From: Octopus sinensis
Taxonomy: Eukaryota
DNA: 64,000 nucleotides
Assembly: GCF_006345805.1 (NCBI RefSeq)
Contig: NC_042997.1
Coordinates: 161,262,001 to 161,326,000 of the forward strand
Direction of reading: 5' to 3'
In this document: piece by piece, positions 51,953-64,000 of the stretch
Numbering within the stretch: position 1 is the stretch's first letter
Layout of the letters: each line of letters opens with the position of its first letter
The notes under the pieces: model-generated
Seen by the model: only the letters and a program-made list of their open reading frames with translations
Told to the model about the DNA's origin: nothing
Database searches by the model: none
Program-made: the position numbers and the translations under genes

Positions 51953-53074
51953 TACTTCGCAAGTATACTTATTTCGTAAAACTTAGCTTCTCACTTCTAT
52001 ACCTATAAAATTATTAGCTAGCACGTGTTTAGAAGCATTAGAAATAGTAAAATATAATTTCAGGGCATTATATATCTTCATTATTTTGGCTGAAAGCTTG
52101 AAAATGCAAAAGAAATAAAAATTTGAGGCGTGAAGAAGTTTATTACATGGTAAAACCATGCAAGCAATAAATTCTATACTTGTACACTATCATCCATTTT
52201 GTCTGGTTAAATTCAAATTAATCGATATAGCAATTTATATTTTATATAATATCCCCTGCATGAGGAGCTGCTGTAACCTATCATGTTCTTAAAATTTTGT
52301 GTTGATTTTTTTTTTAAGGAAAAGCATGAGATAATATGGTTGTAGATATAAAGGCAATATCTGAAAATTTATGAGATAGTTATTTCTAGAATACTGTTTT
52401 GATATGCATTCTTAATCAAAAATAGCTTGGGCGAAACCAACAGTAACGTTGTTGTGCTGGATACTTTTCTGCACTTGGACTACCCAAACACAGCAACATG
52501 AAACCGTTTGTTCTGCGGCATGACAAATCGTAAAGGTTCCACATTACTCTAAAATACATGTTCAACACCAATTTATCTGAATCAATTTTATACCTTTCCT
52601 TCATTGAAGTAAGATATGTGAGTTGTTGCTAATTTATGCCCAGATCAGACTTTTACAGCAGAAATTATTAACTCAACTGTATGATATCGTTGACCATTCC
52701 CACTTTTTATCCAAGACACAGCTATCTGGTCTGTCGTTTTAAGACGGTAAAACGTGTAATTTGAGGATGATTGATTACTTTTTCTTGCAGTTCTGGTGAT
52801 CTTTGTAGTCTCGAAGGTTTATAAGTTTAGAATAAAACTAATATCATCGGATACGTGGTAAAAGGTAAAATTGATCTATAAAATAATAGTTATTTATTGG
52901 AAAGATAATTAAAAGTTTAGATTTAAGATATTGTTCCCTCTTCAAAATAATCAAATTCTATATTTCTGTCATATCTTTCAAGTAGCACATATAAATATCT
53001 TTGGTAATTCCATCCTCTCCAAAGTTTGCTTAATAGATTCAAGTTAATTCAAAGCGAATTTCAAGAAACATTTA

Positions 53075-53480
53075 GGTGTGACTGAGTGATAATAAGTTCG
53101 CTTCCTAGTCACATGCTTTTAAGTTCAATCCCACTGCATGGATCTTGGGCAAGTGTCTTTTACTATAACTCCAGCTTGACCAAAATCTTGTAAGCGGATC
53201 TCGTAGAGGGAAACTGAAAGAAGGCACTCCCCTCGTATATGTGTGTGTATGACTGTGTGTGAGTGTGTGAGTATGCGCGCTTGGGCGTGTCTGTATATGT
53301 GTCTTGTTTATCTCTGACTACCGTTGATAACCTGTGCTTGTTTGTTTATTTTCTCGTAACGAAGCGTTTCGGCAAAAGACACCGATAGAATAAGTACTAA
53401 GCTTAACATTTAAACTCTGGGGTCGATTCGTTTACGGTGGTGTCCCAGCAAGGCCGCAGTTCAATGGCTGAAATAAAGAA
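53075..53480 (+). mobile_element. Older SINE family B copy
   Basis: CTTGGGCAAGTGTCTT core and GATAGAATAAGTAC 3' part, as in 27559-27965. Confidence 0.7.
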
Positions 53481-54432
53481 ATGATAATTACAATTGAATG
53501 TATCAACCTTATTTTCTCTTACATTCTATAATTTTATTTATCTTTTTTTGTTTTGTTTCCTAGAGATGTATATATTTTTTCTTCCTTGCCGTTTATTCAT
53601 GTGTGAATTGGATACTTTTCTTAATTCTAATTAATCAAGAAAATTTATGATGAAAATAAATTATGATAAAAGTAAAAGCTTGGTGTTTGTTATCTCTCTC
53701 CAAATGCCCATAGATTTTTAATACAAACCGCTACGAATAGAATTATCAACTTCATATCCGGTGTCTGTGATTTTATGTTCTTCATTACCATACAAAATTT
53801 ATCACACCCTTTTGTAAATTTCAAATCAACTTATTTTTGTGGTTTGAAATTGAATCCGGTAAAGAAATTAATCTGATTTACCAATGTGAACTTTAATAGT
53901 TTTAGTTTCTTCGTTTCCAAAATCTTCTGCAGAATAATATTCATATCTCTCTCATATCAGATACATATTATCTTAAATCACAAAAGAAAATTCATTGGTA
54001 TTGTCTATTGGAAGTCTATACAAATAATATTAAGAAAATGTTAATTTACCTCTTGATCATGCTTACCCGATATATTATTTCTTTTTTACATTGTTATTTG
54101 CTAATGGCTAATACCTCCAGCACCATATGGCCACACACAACAGATACTGACAATACAAATGGATTTTGCTAACGAATTAGATCATCACCTCATGCGAGTA
54201 ATATCTGACTGACAAAAATTAATATTATGTATAATTGCATTCATTCAACAATCGCTAAAAGGATTCCTATCTAATTCGATGCCATCTTACGTCAGTTTCT
54301 TTTGTTTGGAAACAATAATTGTTCGTATAAACAAGTTTCTATTATATGATTGAATGAAAGAATTTGTGACTTATCTGTAAATACATTTTGATGTATTTAT
54401 ATACTTGATTATTTCAGGAACACGGGTACAGA

Positions 54433-54630
54433 ATGAGTTATGCATCAGATGATGATGACTGTGTTAATTCTCCGGATATCGATAGCCACTTCAGTGACAG
54501 CTCAATGTTTTACGATGATGAGTACCAATTTATTGATGCTTGCATTGATGGAGATCATGAAGCCGTCCAAGCGATTCTTGAAGACGACTGTACGCGAGAG
54601 GAGATAAATGAAAGGGATAGATCCGGCAGA
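54433..54630 (+). CDS. ANKRD33B: ANKRD33B-like ankyrin-repeat protein, first coding exon (exon starts at 54418 with 15 nt of 5' UTR)
   Basis: Acceptor TTATTTCAG ends at 54417 and ATG is at 54433. Encodes 66 codons MSYASDDDDC...FIDACIDGDHEAVQAILE...INERDRSGR; phase-0 donor GTACGT at 54631. Confidence 0.85.
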
Positions 54631-56132
54631 GTACGTATTAAAACATTTATTATAGTTATATTTAAAATATAATCTTTACATGTAGCACAAGGTGTATTTT
54701 AACTTCAAATGCAATAAAAAGGATTGGCTATGCGTTGATGTTACTATTATCACAATAGGTTATTGAAGTTTTTTCTCTAGTCACAGTATTATTTTAGTAT
54801 GAGAATGTCTGCTGAATTGGCTAGTATTTGGTAACTGATGATTGTTAACTCTATAACGCTTCAATTATCAACATATGTGGTCGTTAGATCTATTATAAAT
54901 AACAACCAAATCACCCTCAAACCACACCATATTGCAGTCAAGAAGGATTATGTGTGTAGTATGAGAAATACTTTTAAAATTATGATATGGTTATGATTTA
55001 GATTATTTAGATTGCAAAGCAATGGAACAGACCTCGACTTCGAAGTGCTTTTACTCCTTAACGTGGTAAACTTTGTACACTATGTATACATCTAGAATTT
55101 GGTGAAATCGAAATTATAATGGTAGTACACAAAATACCTATCGTATAACATTCTACTGGCTTTCCAATACTTTACTGGTTTAGTAATTGACACAATATAT
55201 TTATATATAAATGCCCGAAAAAGCTAAACACTGATATAACTAGTTTCAAGTTAACAGAGACCGGTGCAGTTTCAATCCTAGGTCGAAGTCATTTAAGTTC
55301 ACCTGTATCAAAGAAGAAAGCACATGCTAACATTTTCCAAAGTATAAAATTTGCAAATTCCCATTTCCTTCATGTGTAATAAGTAAAACTCTTATTTTTA
55401 CCGAAGATAGAAAAATGAAATCTAAATGCTGTTCGACATATGCTTCGTCTCCGCCATTCTCAAGTTGAAATTACACATTGGGTTTATATTGCATCTCATT
55501 CTCACGTATTCCATAAAATAAGCACTATCATTAAAATTAATCAATTCAAAGAACGACAACTTTATGTTAAAAATTATTCAAAATGATTTTTAGTTACATA
55601 AAATCTATATGAAAATCATATATCTAACAACTTTTGATGGAAACCAGTTTAGTTTATTACATTGTATAATTCCCTTTCCAAAGACATAAAAATCAAACAA
55701 TCTTTTCTATTTCCTCGCCGAATCTGTAACTTTATCCCTAAGAAATCAATAATAGATATTTGAGGAAACGTATTTATATTAACCCTGCCGTATGTATTTA
55801 CTGGGTCATAAAGCAAATATGAATTAAAGATATCTTTGCATTTACCTCACACGTGCGCGCCTACACACACGGACGCACGCACACACACATACACACACAC
55901 ACGCATATACACACACATATATGTATAAATGATAATTGAAAGGGTTGTATATAATTTAGAAAATTAAATTCCATATATAAAATACGTTGTAAAAGGGAGC
56001 AGTGCCCTCGCAAAATATTGCATTTTCCTTTATTCAAGGAATCAATTGAACTTCTTTTATTTTATGTTTCTGTCAATAATGATTAATTATTCAATTATAT
56101 TTTATTCTATTTTACTATATTTCTCTTTGCAG

Positions 56133-56262
56133 ACGGGAATTAGTCACGCTTGTTCAAGCGGTTTCTCTACAATAGTAGAAATGTTAGCAGAAGTACCAGA
56201 AGTTGAAGTAAACATTCCAGATAAAGAAGGAAATACGCCACTCATTTTTGCTGCTCAAGCCG
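56133..56262 (+). CDS. ANKRD33B: ANKRD33B-like, second coding exon
   Basis: Acceptor CTCTTTGCAG; TGISHACSSGFSTIVEMLAEVPEVEVNIPDKEGNTPLIFAAQA(G); phase-1 donor GTACAT. Phases fit both neighbouring exons. Confidence 0.9.
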
Positions 56263-57004
56263 GTACATATTTATGTATTTCTTCAAACTATATTGTTAAT
56301 CTGTGGTTATCAAAATCAGCTTCATTTTTTCCCCTGCTTGACTCAATTCAATAGTTAAGTTGATTTGGGTTTCTAGAGTTTTTGTTTTCTTTTCTGTCTA
56401 AAGTTATCAATAGGAGAGTATCGGATCCTTCTCTTTTAATTTAAGTACCAGTTGAACAATGGGATCGATGTAATCAACTTAACCACTCACCCGAACTTGC
56501 TGGCCTTGTGCCAAAATTTGAAACTAGTAATAGTAATAGTATTTGTTGTAGTAGTAGTAGTACATTTCTTAATTCATTACAATCATGTCGTTTCTTGTGT
56601 ACTTTGTAAGATGACAAGTATAATTCATTTGTGTATGATGGTAGATCAAGCCCCAAGACCCCAGCAGTGAAATCGTAGCGACTATATCTATTTAAATTAA
56701 ACATTATTAGAATTCCAGTCATTTTTATCCCATTTACTAAGGTAGTCATGGGCAACGTGTGATCGGCAGGATTTTCTGCATGGCACACCTAACGAAAAAT
56801 TACCTTGAATGTTTTAGCAGTTGAGTCACAAGATAATGATTCAAGTGTCATGTGGTTTGCTTCTCGAAAAGGTTGTCCAAGCCTGTTCCAATTGTAGTAA
56901 CTAAAACTATATTATCTGTGTCTTTTCCTTTTCAAAGGTAGACGTTTGAGATATTTGACTGCTATTTCAAGCAAGACTGAGTGACTACATGAAATATATA
57001 TATA

Positions 57005-57118
57005 TATTGGCCTGTTCGCTTAGCCAGCGGGGTGGCGTCATTTGAAAGCTAAAACAATGCGAAGCGCATTGTGACTAGCGATGTGTAGTAACATCTGATA
57101 GCCTGGTCGGTCACGGTG

Positions 57119-57120
<2 letters not shown>
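57005..57120 (+). mobile_element. SINE family D 3' fragment between TA runs
   Basis: Reverse complement of 14447-14560. Confidence 0.75.
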
Positions 57121-57157
<37 letters not shown>

Positions 57158-57308
57158 CTTGAAACACAGCACATTCGTCATTATTGTTAAGACGGGCTGT
57201 TGAAAGATGGAACTGGTACCTTATCTGAATTGAGAACAGATGTTAATGTTGATTTTAAGTAAAGACTTTCTATTGCAAACTGCTATTTATATTAATTTTA
57301 TACATATT

Positions 57309-57339
<31 letters not shown>

Positions 57340-57564
57340 TGTGTATGTGTGTGTATGTGTGAGTGCATGTGCGTATGTGTGTGCGTGTGTGTGTGTACAG
57401 GATATTCATGCAAGTTATGACTTCCAAACTTCATTAATAAAACAACAAAATATCAAAATAATGTGTGTGTGTGTAGGCAAGGATAACTAAGTTACCTTTG
57501 ATGATATTGAGAAACCTATCGTGACAGAAATTAATTTAATTTGTTTTTATTTTGTATTTGGCAG

Positions 57565-57705
57565 GACAGGAAGAATGTGTACGTATTCTTCTACATGAGT
57601 ATAAGAAGATACGTGTCGATCATGTTAATAAAGCTGGTTTTTCTGCCTTAATGAAAGCAGCAATTCAAGGCCGAACAAAATGTGCAAAATTACTTTTATT
57701 TGCTG
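57565..57705 (+). CDS. ANKRD33B: ANKRD33B-like, third coding exon
   Basis: Acceptor TATTTGGCAG; (G)QEECVRILLHEYKKIRVDHVNKAGFSALMKAAIQGRTKCAKLLLFA(G); phase-1 donor GTAAGA. Matches the recalled ANKRD33/33B signature GFTALMKAAMQGRTDC..L.LAG. Orthology is not tested. Confidence 0.9.
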
Positions 57706-59571
57706 GTAAGATAACTTGCAATGTATAAAACTATTTAACTTGATAATTAAATGATGCTGCTCTTTATGTTTCTTTTTTTTTTTTTTAGCATTAAGCCAAT
57801 TCTGATCAAACAGAAGAAAAATCAAAGTCATTCACAGGGTGACCACCTCAATCTGTTCAATAGGACTATATTGTCCAATGTAACACATTTTATTTATTTT
57901 TATATTGTGGGCTGTAATTTTAAATTTTGTCTGCTATTTTTCCCACGTCAAGCGACCACAAAGATACAACCTCCAGAATATCAGTATCCTAAACAGGAGT
58001 AGCTGCAACAGATTAAGAATATTCTTTTTAATGGTTAATTATTTTTAAATAATTTACGGGACAACACTACTCAAATTGCAATCGTCATTAAAAACTTTAT
58101 TGGAACAACTAGCTGGACATTGAAAGCCAATCATGCGAAGCACTCTTTCTGCACTGAATATTGAAGGAATGCAACGTTTCCTTTTCCGCCATATTTTAAA
58201 CCCTAAATAAGAAAATTACAGGCATAAATATGAACTGGACCATAATAGATATTGTCGCCTCCACTGTAAATGATTCAGGGAAGTGTCCATTATTTGTCAC
58301 GGGAAATTATTTGGCTATAAGGTTAATGTGACAGAATGACAAGATGATGAAAACCAACAACAGCTATGTCTATCCAACAAGAATAGCAAAAGTTGCTCTT
58401 TCCACCAATCGATACAGGAAGCGACCAAAGTGGATTTACCAAAGTAAATGATAATCTAGCAAAGAAGTGCAGACTTATTTTTCCGGTTAGCATACACGCA
58501 CTGACAAAGTACAGAATATATTCCGACATACATTTTACATTCATTCTGTCAACGTCCCTCTCATGTTAGTATGATTTAATGTATTATTTTACACCTTTAT
58601 ACCTCCAGTGACGTCAATTACGCTAGCTTGATAAAATGTATGTCATTGTTGGGAATTGGTGAAGTTTATCGATAAAATCACTAACATTGTAATAAGCAGA
58701 GACTTCAGAAATTCTGATTAATTATATTTTCGAGAGATATTGTATGAAGAAACTATGAGTGCACTGAAATCGAATATCAACCGCTTGATGAAGAGGAACA
58801 AAAGCAGTGCGGAAAAACGGAAAACCACTCCCTGAATATAAAAGATGAAATATCATGATGAACTCTGACATTCTAGAATCGGTCAAGCAACGATTAATGA
58901 CTATGGAGCCGAAAATCAACATACGTATACGCATTCATGGAGGTTAGATTAATCATATTGCATGTTACAGGAAAATGCATCCAAACATTAAAAAAGAAGC
59001 AAAATGGTGCTCAATTGTTCCTTCCTTTAATTTTCTTAGAAAATATAAATCATATAAAGAAATTTCAATAATTTTGAATTTCCATGATAAATTACATAAC
59101 TCCCATTGATTATTAAAGTTAACTGACGCCAATTTTATATATTCGAAATTATGGCAAGATGTAATTATATGTATGCTTGTGTGTCTTTATGGCTGAGAGT
59201 GGGTATGTATATGCGTATAAACAAGTACATTAAGATACAGTATGCGCATATATACATACACATACATTCGCGTGCATATGTGTGTATATCTCTGTATGTG
59301 TATGCGCGCGCGCGCGTGTGTGTGTGTGTGTGTAAACACACATTTATCCAGAGAATAATACAATCAAACTCTCACTTGATTTTTAATTATATTTTTTCAA
59401 ACATCGTGAAATATTGACAAGGACGTCGAACTGTTATCTTTTGCAGCATAAAGTTCAATAGAATCTTGACATATACAGCACTGCCAAAAGTTTGATTAAT
59501 CGTGTGATGGCAGGAAATATGTGAGTTGTTCTGGATGTGTGTGAGAGTAAATGCATGTGTATGCGTGCGTG

Positions 59572-59989
59572 TTATAATTTAACACACTCACTGGTAAAAT
59601 TTCCGCTTATTTCTTTTTAATTTTTCTAAAATAAAAAATAAATAAGTGTAAATTTATGCATGTGCGTGTACGTGTGTGTATGTGTGTGTATACCTCTGTT
59701 TCCTTGTGTGTGCACATCTGAGTGCATATCAGTGTGTGTGTGTGTGTGTTTGCAACTATGTACCGTGTTTCTATGTATGGATGTGCATCTCCATATGTGT
59801 GGACGTGTGTCTCCATATGTGTTCTTGGGTGAAGTAAAGTGTGTACTTATATATGGTCACGTGTTTCAGTCTTCATTTGTGTATGTATGCATGTGTGCTT
59901 GTCTATTCATATGACCTATGTACCTATCCATCTGTATGTTGATCTGTTTACTTTCATATCCATATGCTTATATACATGTGCATATACAT

Positions 59990-60022
<33 letters not shown>

Positions 60023-60458
60023 CATACACACACACACGCGTGCCTGCCCACAGACAAGTCTGGCAGACTGTCAATTGACAGCCTACAGAACTATGTCAAG
60101 ACCATGAAACAACACATAAGTAGCATGAGAGAAGCTTCACCACAGGAACATGAAAGAGTGGAAAAACTCCTCCGCATAGGATTGTGGTGCAATATACCCC
60201 CATCCTACAAAAAGGACGGCACAACCTTTTCATAGGTTGGAGTATGTTGCACTACATTATCATGTGTGCATTGGGGAGTTTTTCCACTCTTTCATGTTCC
60301 TGTGGTGCAACTTCTCTCATGCTACTGATGTGTTGTTTCATGGTCTGGACATAGTTCTGTGGGCTGACAATTGACAGTCTGCCAGATTTGTCTGTAGGCA
60401 GACACGTGTGTGCGTGTGAGAGGGGGGTTATGTATGTATATATATATATATTATATAT

Positions 60459-60534
<76 letters not shown>

Positions 60535-61180
60535 CATATATATATATATGTGTATGTATGTATGTATGTATGTACAAATGTATATAAGCATATGGATATG
60601 AAAGTAAACAGATCAACATACAGACGAATAGGTACGTAGGTTATATGAACAGACAAGCACACATATGCACACATACACAAATGAAGACTGAAACACGTGA
60701 ACATATATATACACACACACTTTACTTCACACAAGGACACATACGGAGACACGTCCACACATATGGGGATGTACATCCATACATACAAACATGGTAATAC
60801 ACACACGCACACTCAGATATGCACACACAAGGAAACAGAGGTACACACACACATATACATAAAAACACACACGCATACACATACATAAAATCACACAAAC
60901 ACGGACACGCAAACACATGAATATGCAGAATACATACATTACAAACATACAAGTATACACATATACATACATATATTCATATGCACACACACATACATAC
61001 ATACATGTGTGGGCACACACACACACACATACACACTAACCCACACACATGCGCACAAACAATCAAAAAGGAAAGGTGTGTGAATAACGGACAGAGTCAA
61101 AACTATTTAAAAGGTTGCAAGACGCAACGAAAATTTTAGAAAACTAAAAAAAAAAAAGTGGTGAGTGTGTAAAATTATAA
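59572..61180. repeat. ~1.6 kb imperfect palindrome (foldback) centred at 60220
   Basis: Arms pair from AAAAGG/CCTTTT around a 9-nt loop (60216-60224) outward through a non-repetitive core (~93% over ~125 bp by eye) and the microsatellite-rich flanks. They end at TTATAATTT.ACACACTCAC. Confidence 0.85.
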
Positions 61181-61492
61181 GGCACTAAAAGAGAATGATA
61201 CTCCCCAGACACAACAGAATATGCTTCAAAACACGAACTCACACAAAGAATCTTGCAAAACAAATCCCAAAACGAAATATATATATATATATACATACAT
61301 ACAAAAATACATACATATTACATATGCATATATAATATGTAATATATATATATATATATAATATATATATATATATAATAGGTACTTTACATATGATGCA
61401 TATACGTATAATGCATTTACATATATGTGTATATATTGACAAGCATACATCCACTCGCATACTTTGGATATATGTCTGTTATATGTAATATG

Positions 61493-61586
<94 letters not shown>

Positions 61587-62288
61587 TTTATTTAAAAGCA
61601 GCAGAAATTCAACAAAACCTGTTAGTTGAGTTTCACGTTCCCGCTGAGTAAACTTTTATTTGTGTGTGTGTATATTATATGTATATGTGTGTTGTATGTG
61701 TGTGTGTGTGTGTGGTGTATGTGTGTGTGTGGTGTGTGTGTGTGATGTGTGTGTGTGTGTGGTATGTATATGTATGATGTGTATATGTATATATATATAT
61801 ATATATGTAGTGTGTATGTATGGCCCGCACACACGCGTAGACACATGTATGTACACACAAAGACGCGTGCACACACACCGTGTGTACGCACACACACAAG
61901 CACATACTTAATACCAACACACGCAAAACGCGTATACACGCATGCCACACGGATACACCCAACAGACATGGACACAAATGCGAACAAACACATACACACT
62001 AACGCACACGCAACACACTAATAAACATTAACCACACATATACACACATACACACACAAACGGGCACACATATACACACACCAGCCTACCCCCAAAAATT
62101 CTTTAAATAACACACATCTATTTACACCACCCTGGAACCAATCAAAAACAGCCCCCCCCACACACACACACAAACACATGTATACATATATATGCACACA
62201 CACAAGGAGACACACACACTCACACCAATCTCACCTCCATACAGACACACATATACACATGCAGCACCATGCCAAATGCCATCCACAC

Positions 62289-62319
<31 letters not shown>

Positions 62320-62616
62320 TACAACACCAAGACAACCACACACGCGGTTGACAAACGCACACACCATCCTACCAGATCTTACAGACACTCAGACACATCT
62401 ATTCACACCACATATGTATGTATGCACGCACACACACACACACACAAAGACACATACACTCACCCCATTCTGACCCCAAAATCATTGATGCTTGAAGGAG
62501 AGACAAAAAAAGAAAAAGGGTAAATTCTTTTCAGTTCCACATTTCTCCTCCTAAAACGGACAGGTCAGTTTTAGCTTCACCACTATTATAATGTAAATCT
62601 TTTTGAACTCATAATA

Positions 62617-62985
62617 TTCTGTACGTGTATACTGAACTTTTTTAATAATTCCTCCTGGAAATTATCTTGAGATGTATAATATATTTGTTGTAATCTTTTG
62701 TGCCCATTATTTCAATGAGCTTGTTAAACTTTTTTATATTCTCAACATACTCTTGTCACCAAAGAATGTATATTTATATGGATTATAGTACTCTGTATCA
62801 ACCAATATTCTGTGCATGTTTGAATATACAGATACAATACTAATATCAATTCCTTCTGGAAACTATCTTAAGCATGTCCTTGAGAACGATTATTTATGTA
62901 GTAATCTTTTGTGCCCAATATTTTAAGGAACTTGTTGAACTTTTTTATGTCCTTAACATGTCCCTGTTACCAAAGACTATATATG
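62617..62985. repeat. Diverged two-copy tandem repeat (~190 bp period)
   Basis: AATATTCTGT...TTCC..CTGGAAA.TATCTT...GTAATCTTTTGTGCCCA...CTTGTT.AACTTTTTT...ACCAAAGA occurs twice. Confidence 0.7.
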
Positions 62986-63141
62986 TAATGTAGCAATTTG
63001 CAACAACCAATAATTAACGCAACCAAACTTCTACATGTTACTTTTGACAATCTTTTTCCAAAGAGTGAAACCGGTAAAGTAAATAAACATCTTTTAAATT
63101 GCATTTTCAAACCTTCTTTCGTAAATATATATATATATATA

Positions 63142-64000
63142 TTGAACTCATCTCCCTATACCTCGACCGCATCCTGTCCCCCTTAGTCGCAGCCCTCCCA
63201 TCCCACATACACGACACCAACCACGCCCTCCGTCTCTTCAATTCCTTTTCCTTCCCTTCCAGCCCCTCACACCTCCTCTTCACTTTAGATGTAAAATCCC
63301 TGTACACAGTGATTCCCCACAATGACGGTCCTCCTAGCCCTCCAACACTTCCTCGACCCGTCGTCCCGACCCCACCCCCAGCCCCACACCCCCACCCTCT
63401 CCGTTTGGCTGAGCTCGTCCTCACCCTCAATTGCTTCACGTTCGCCGGGGAAACGTACCAACAAAAAGTCCGGGGTCGCGATGGGAACTAGGATGGGCCC
63501 CAATTTCGCCAATCTCTTTCTTGGCTACATTGAGGCCCAAGTGTTCTCCCCCGTTCTCTGGGCCGACCCCCCAACTATACGGTCGCTATATCGACGACTG
63601 CGTAGGTGCCACCTCCCTTTACCGTGAACTTCTCTGCCAATTCATCTCTTTCCTTTCCAACTTTCACCCCTCTTCAATTCACCTCCACCATCTCCAACAC
63701 CTCTGTCAACTTGCTTGACATCTCTCTCCGCATCGATCACCCCTCCAACTCTCTCACCACCACCGCCTTCTTTAAACCTACGGATTCCCACCTCTATCTC
63801 AACTTCTCTTCCTCCCACCCCTTCCACACCAAACGAGCCATCCCCTACTCCCAGTTCCTCCGCCTCCGACGTTTGTGCAGCCGCGACCAGGATTTCGAGA
63901 CCCAATCTCAATACCTGGCCCGCATGTTCAGACTCCGAGGTTACCCACCCATACTCCTCTCTGATGCCCTCACCCCCGCGCCCGTCGCATCGACCGCACT
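63142..64000 (+). mobile_element. Penelope-like element (Neptune-type) RT region, frameshifted, running off the window end
   Basis: Frames give LFTLDVKSLYTVIP, GVAMGTRMGPNFANLF, YGRYIDDC, FKPTDSHLYLNFSSSHP and AIPYSQFLRLRRLCS. Begins directly after a (TA)n run. Confidence 0.9.

Noticed and set aside
58320-58960. Fourth exon of the ankyrin gene
   Set aside because: No phase-1 acceptor gives an ankyrin-like continuation; the short frames here end in early stops.

Overview
AT-rich, repeat-dominated animal DNA. The SINE families, the extreme microsatellite density and the LINE/Penelope mix suggest an octopus genome; this is inference and was not searched. The only confident host gene is three + strand coding exons of an ANKRD33B-like ankyrin-repeat gene (54433-54630, 56133-56262, 57565-57705), which continues beyond what I can find. 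A possible terminal exon of an unidentified - strand gene lies at 882-1300. The rest is four tRNA-derived SINE families, R4/Dong-clade LINEs in (ACAT)n and (AAT)n arrays, one young CR1-type LINE, three Penelope-like element (PLE) relics, several mariner derivatives and many microsatellites. The most notable signal is a set of short non-coding units ending in (TA)n. Two carry complete type I hammerhead ribozyme folds with unusually long stem II and palindromic stem III (40490-40607 +, 45185-45277 -), and a third carries only the 3' half of one. Related (TA)n-terminated units show inverted or tandem end duplications typical of PLE pseudo-LTR or retrozyme-like insertions. Several long inverted repeats are also present, including a ~1.6 kb foldback in the presumed ANKRD33B-like intron. 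All alignments, folds and identity figures were done by eye and need computational confirmation.
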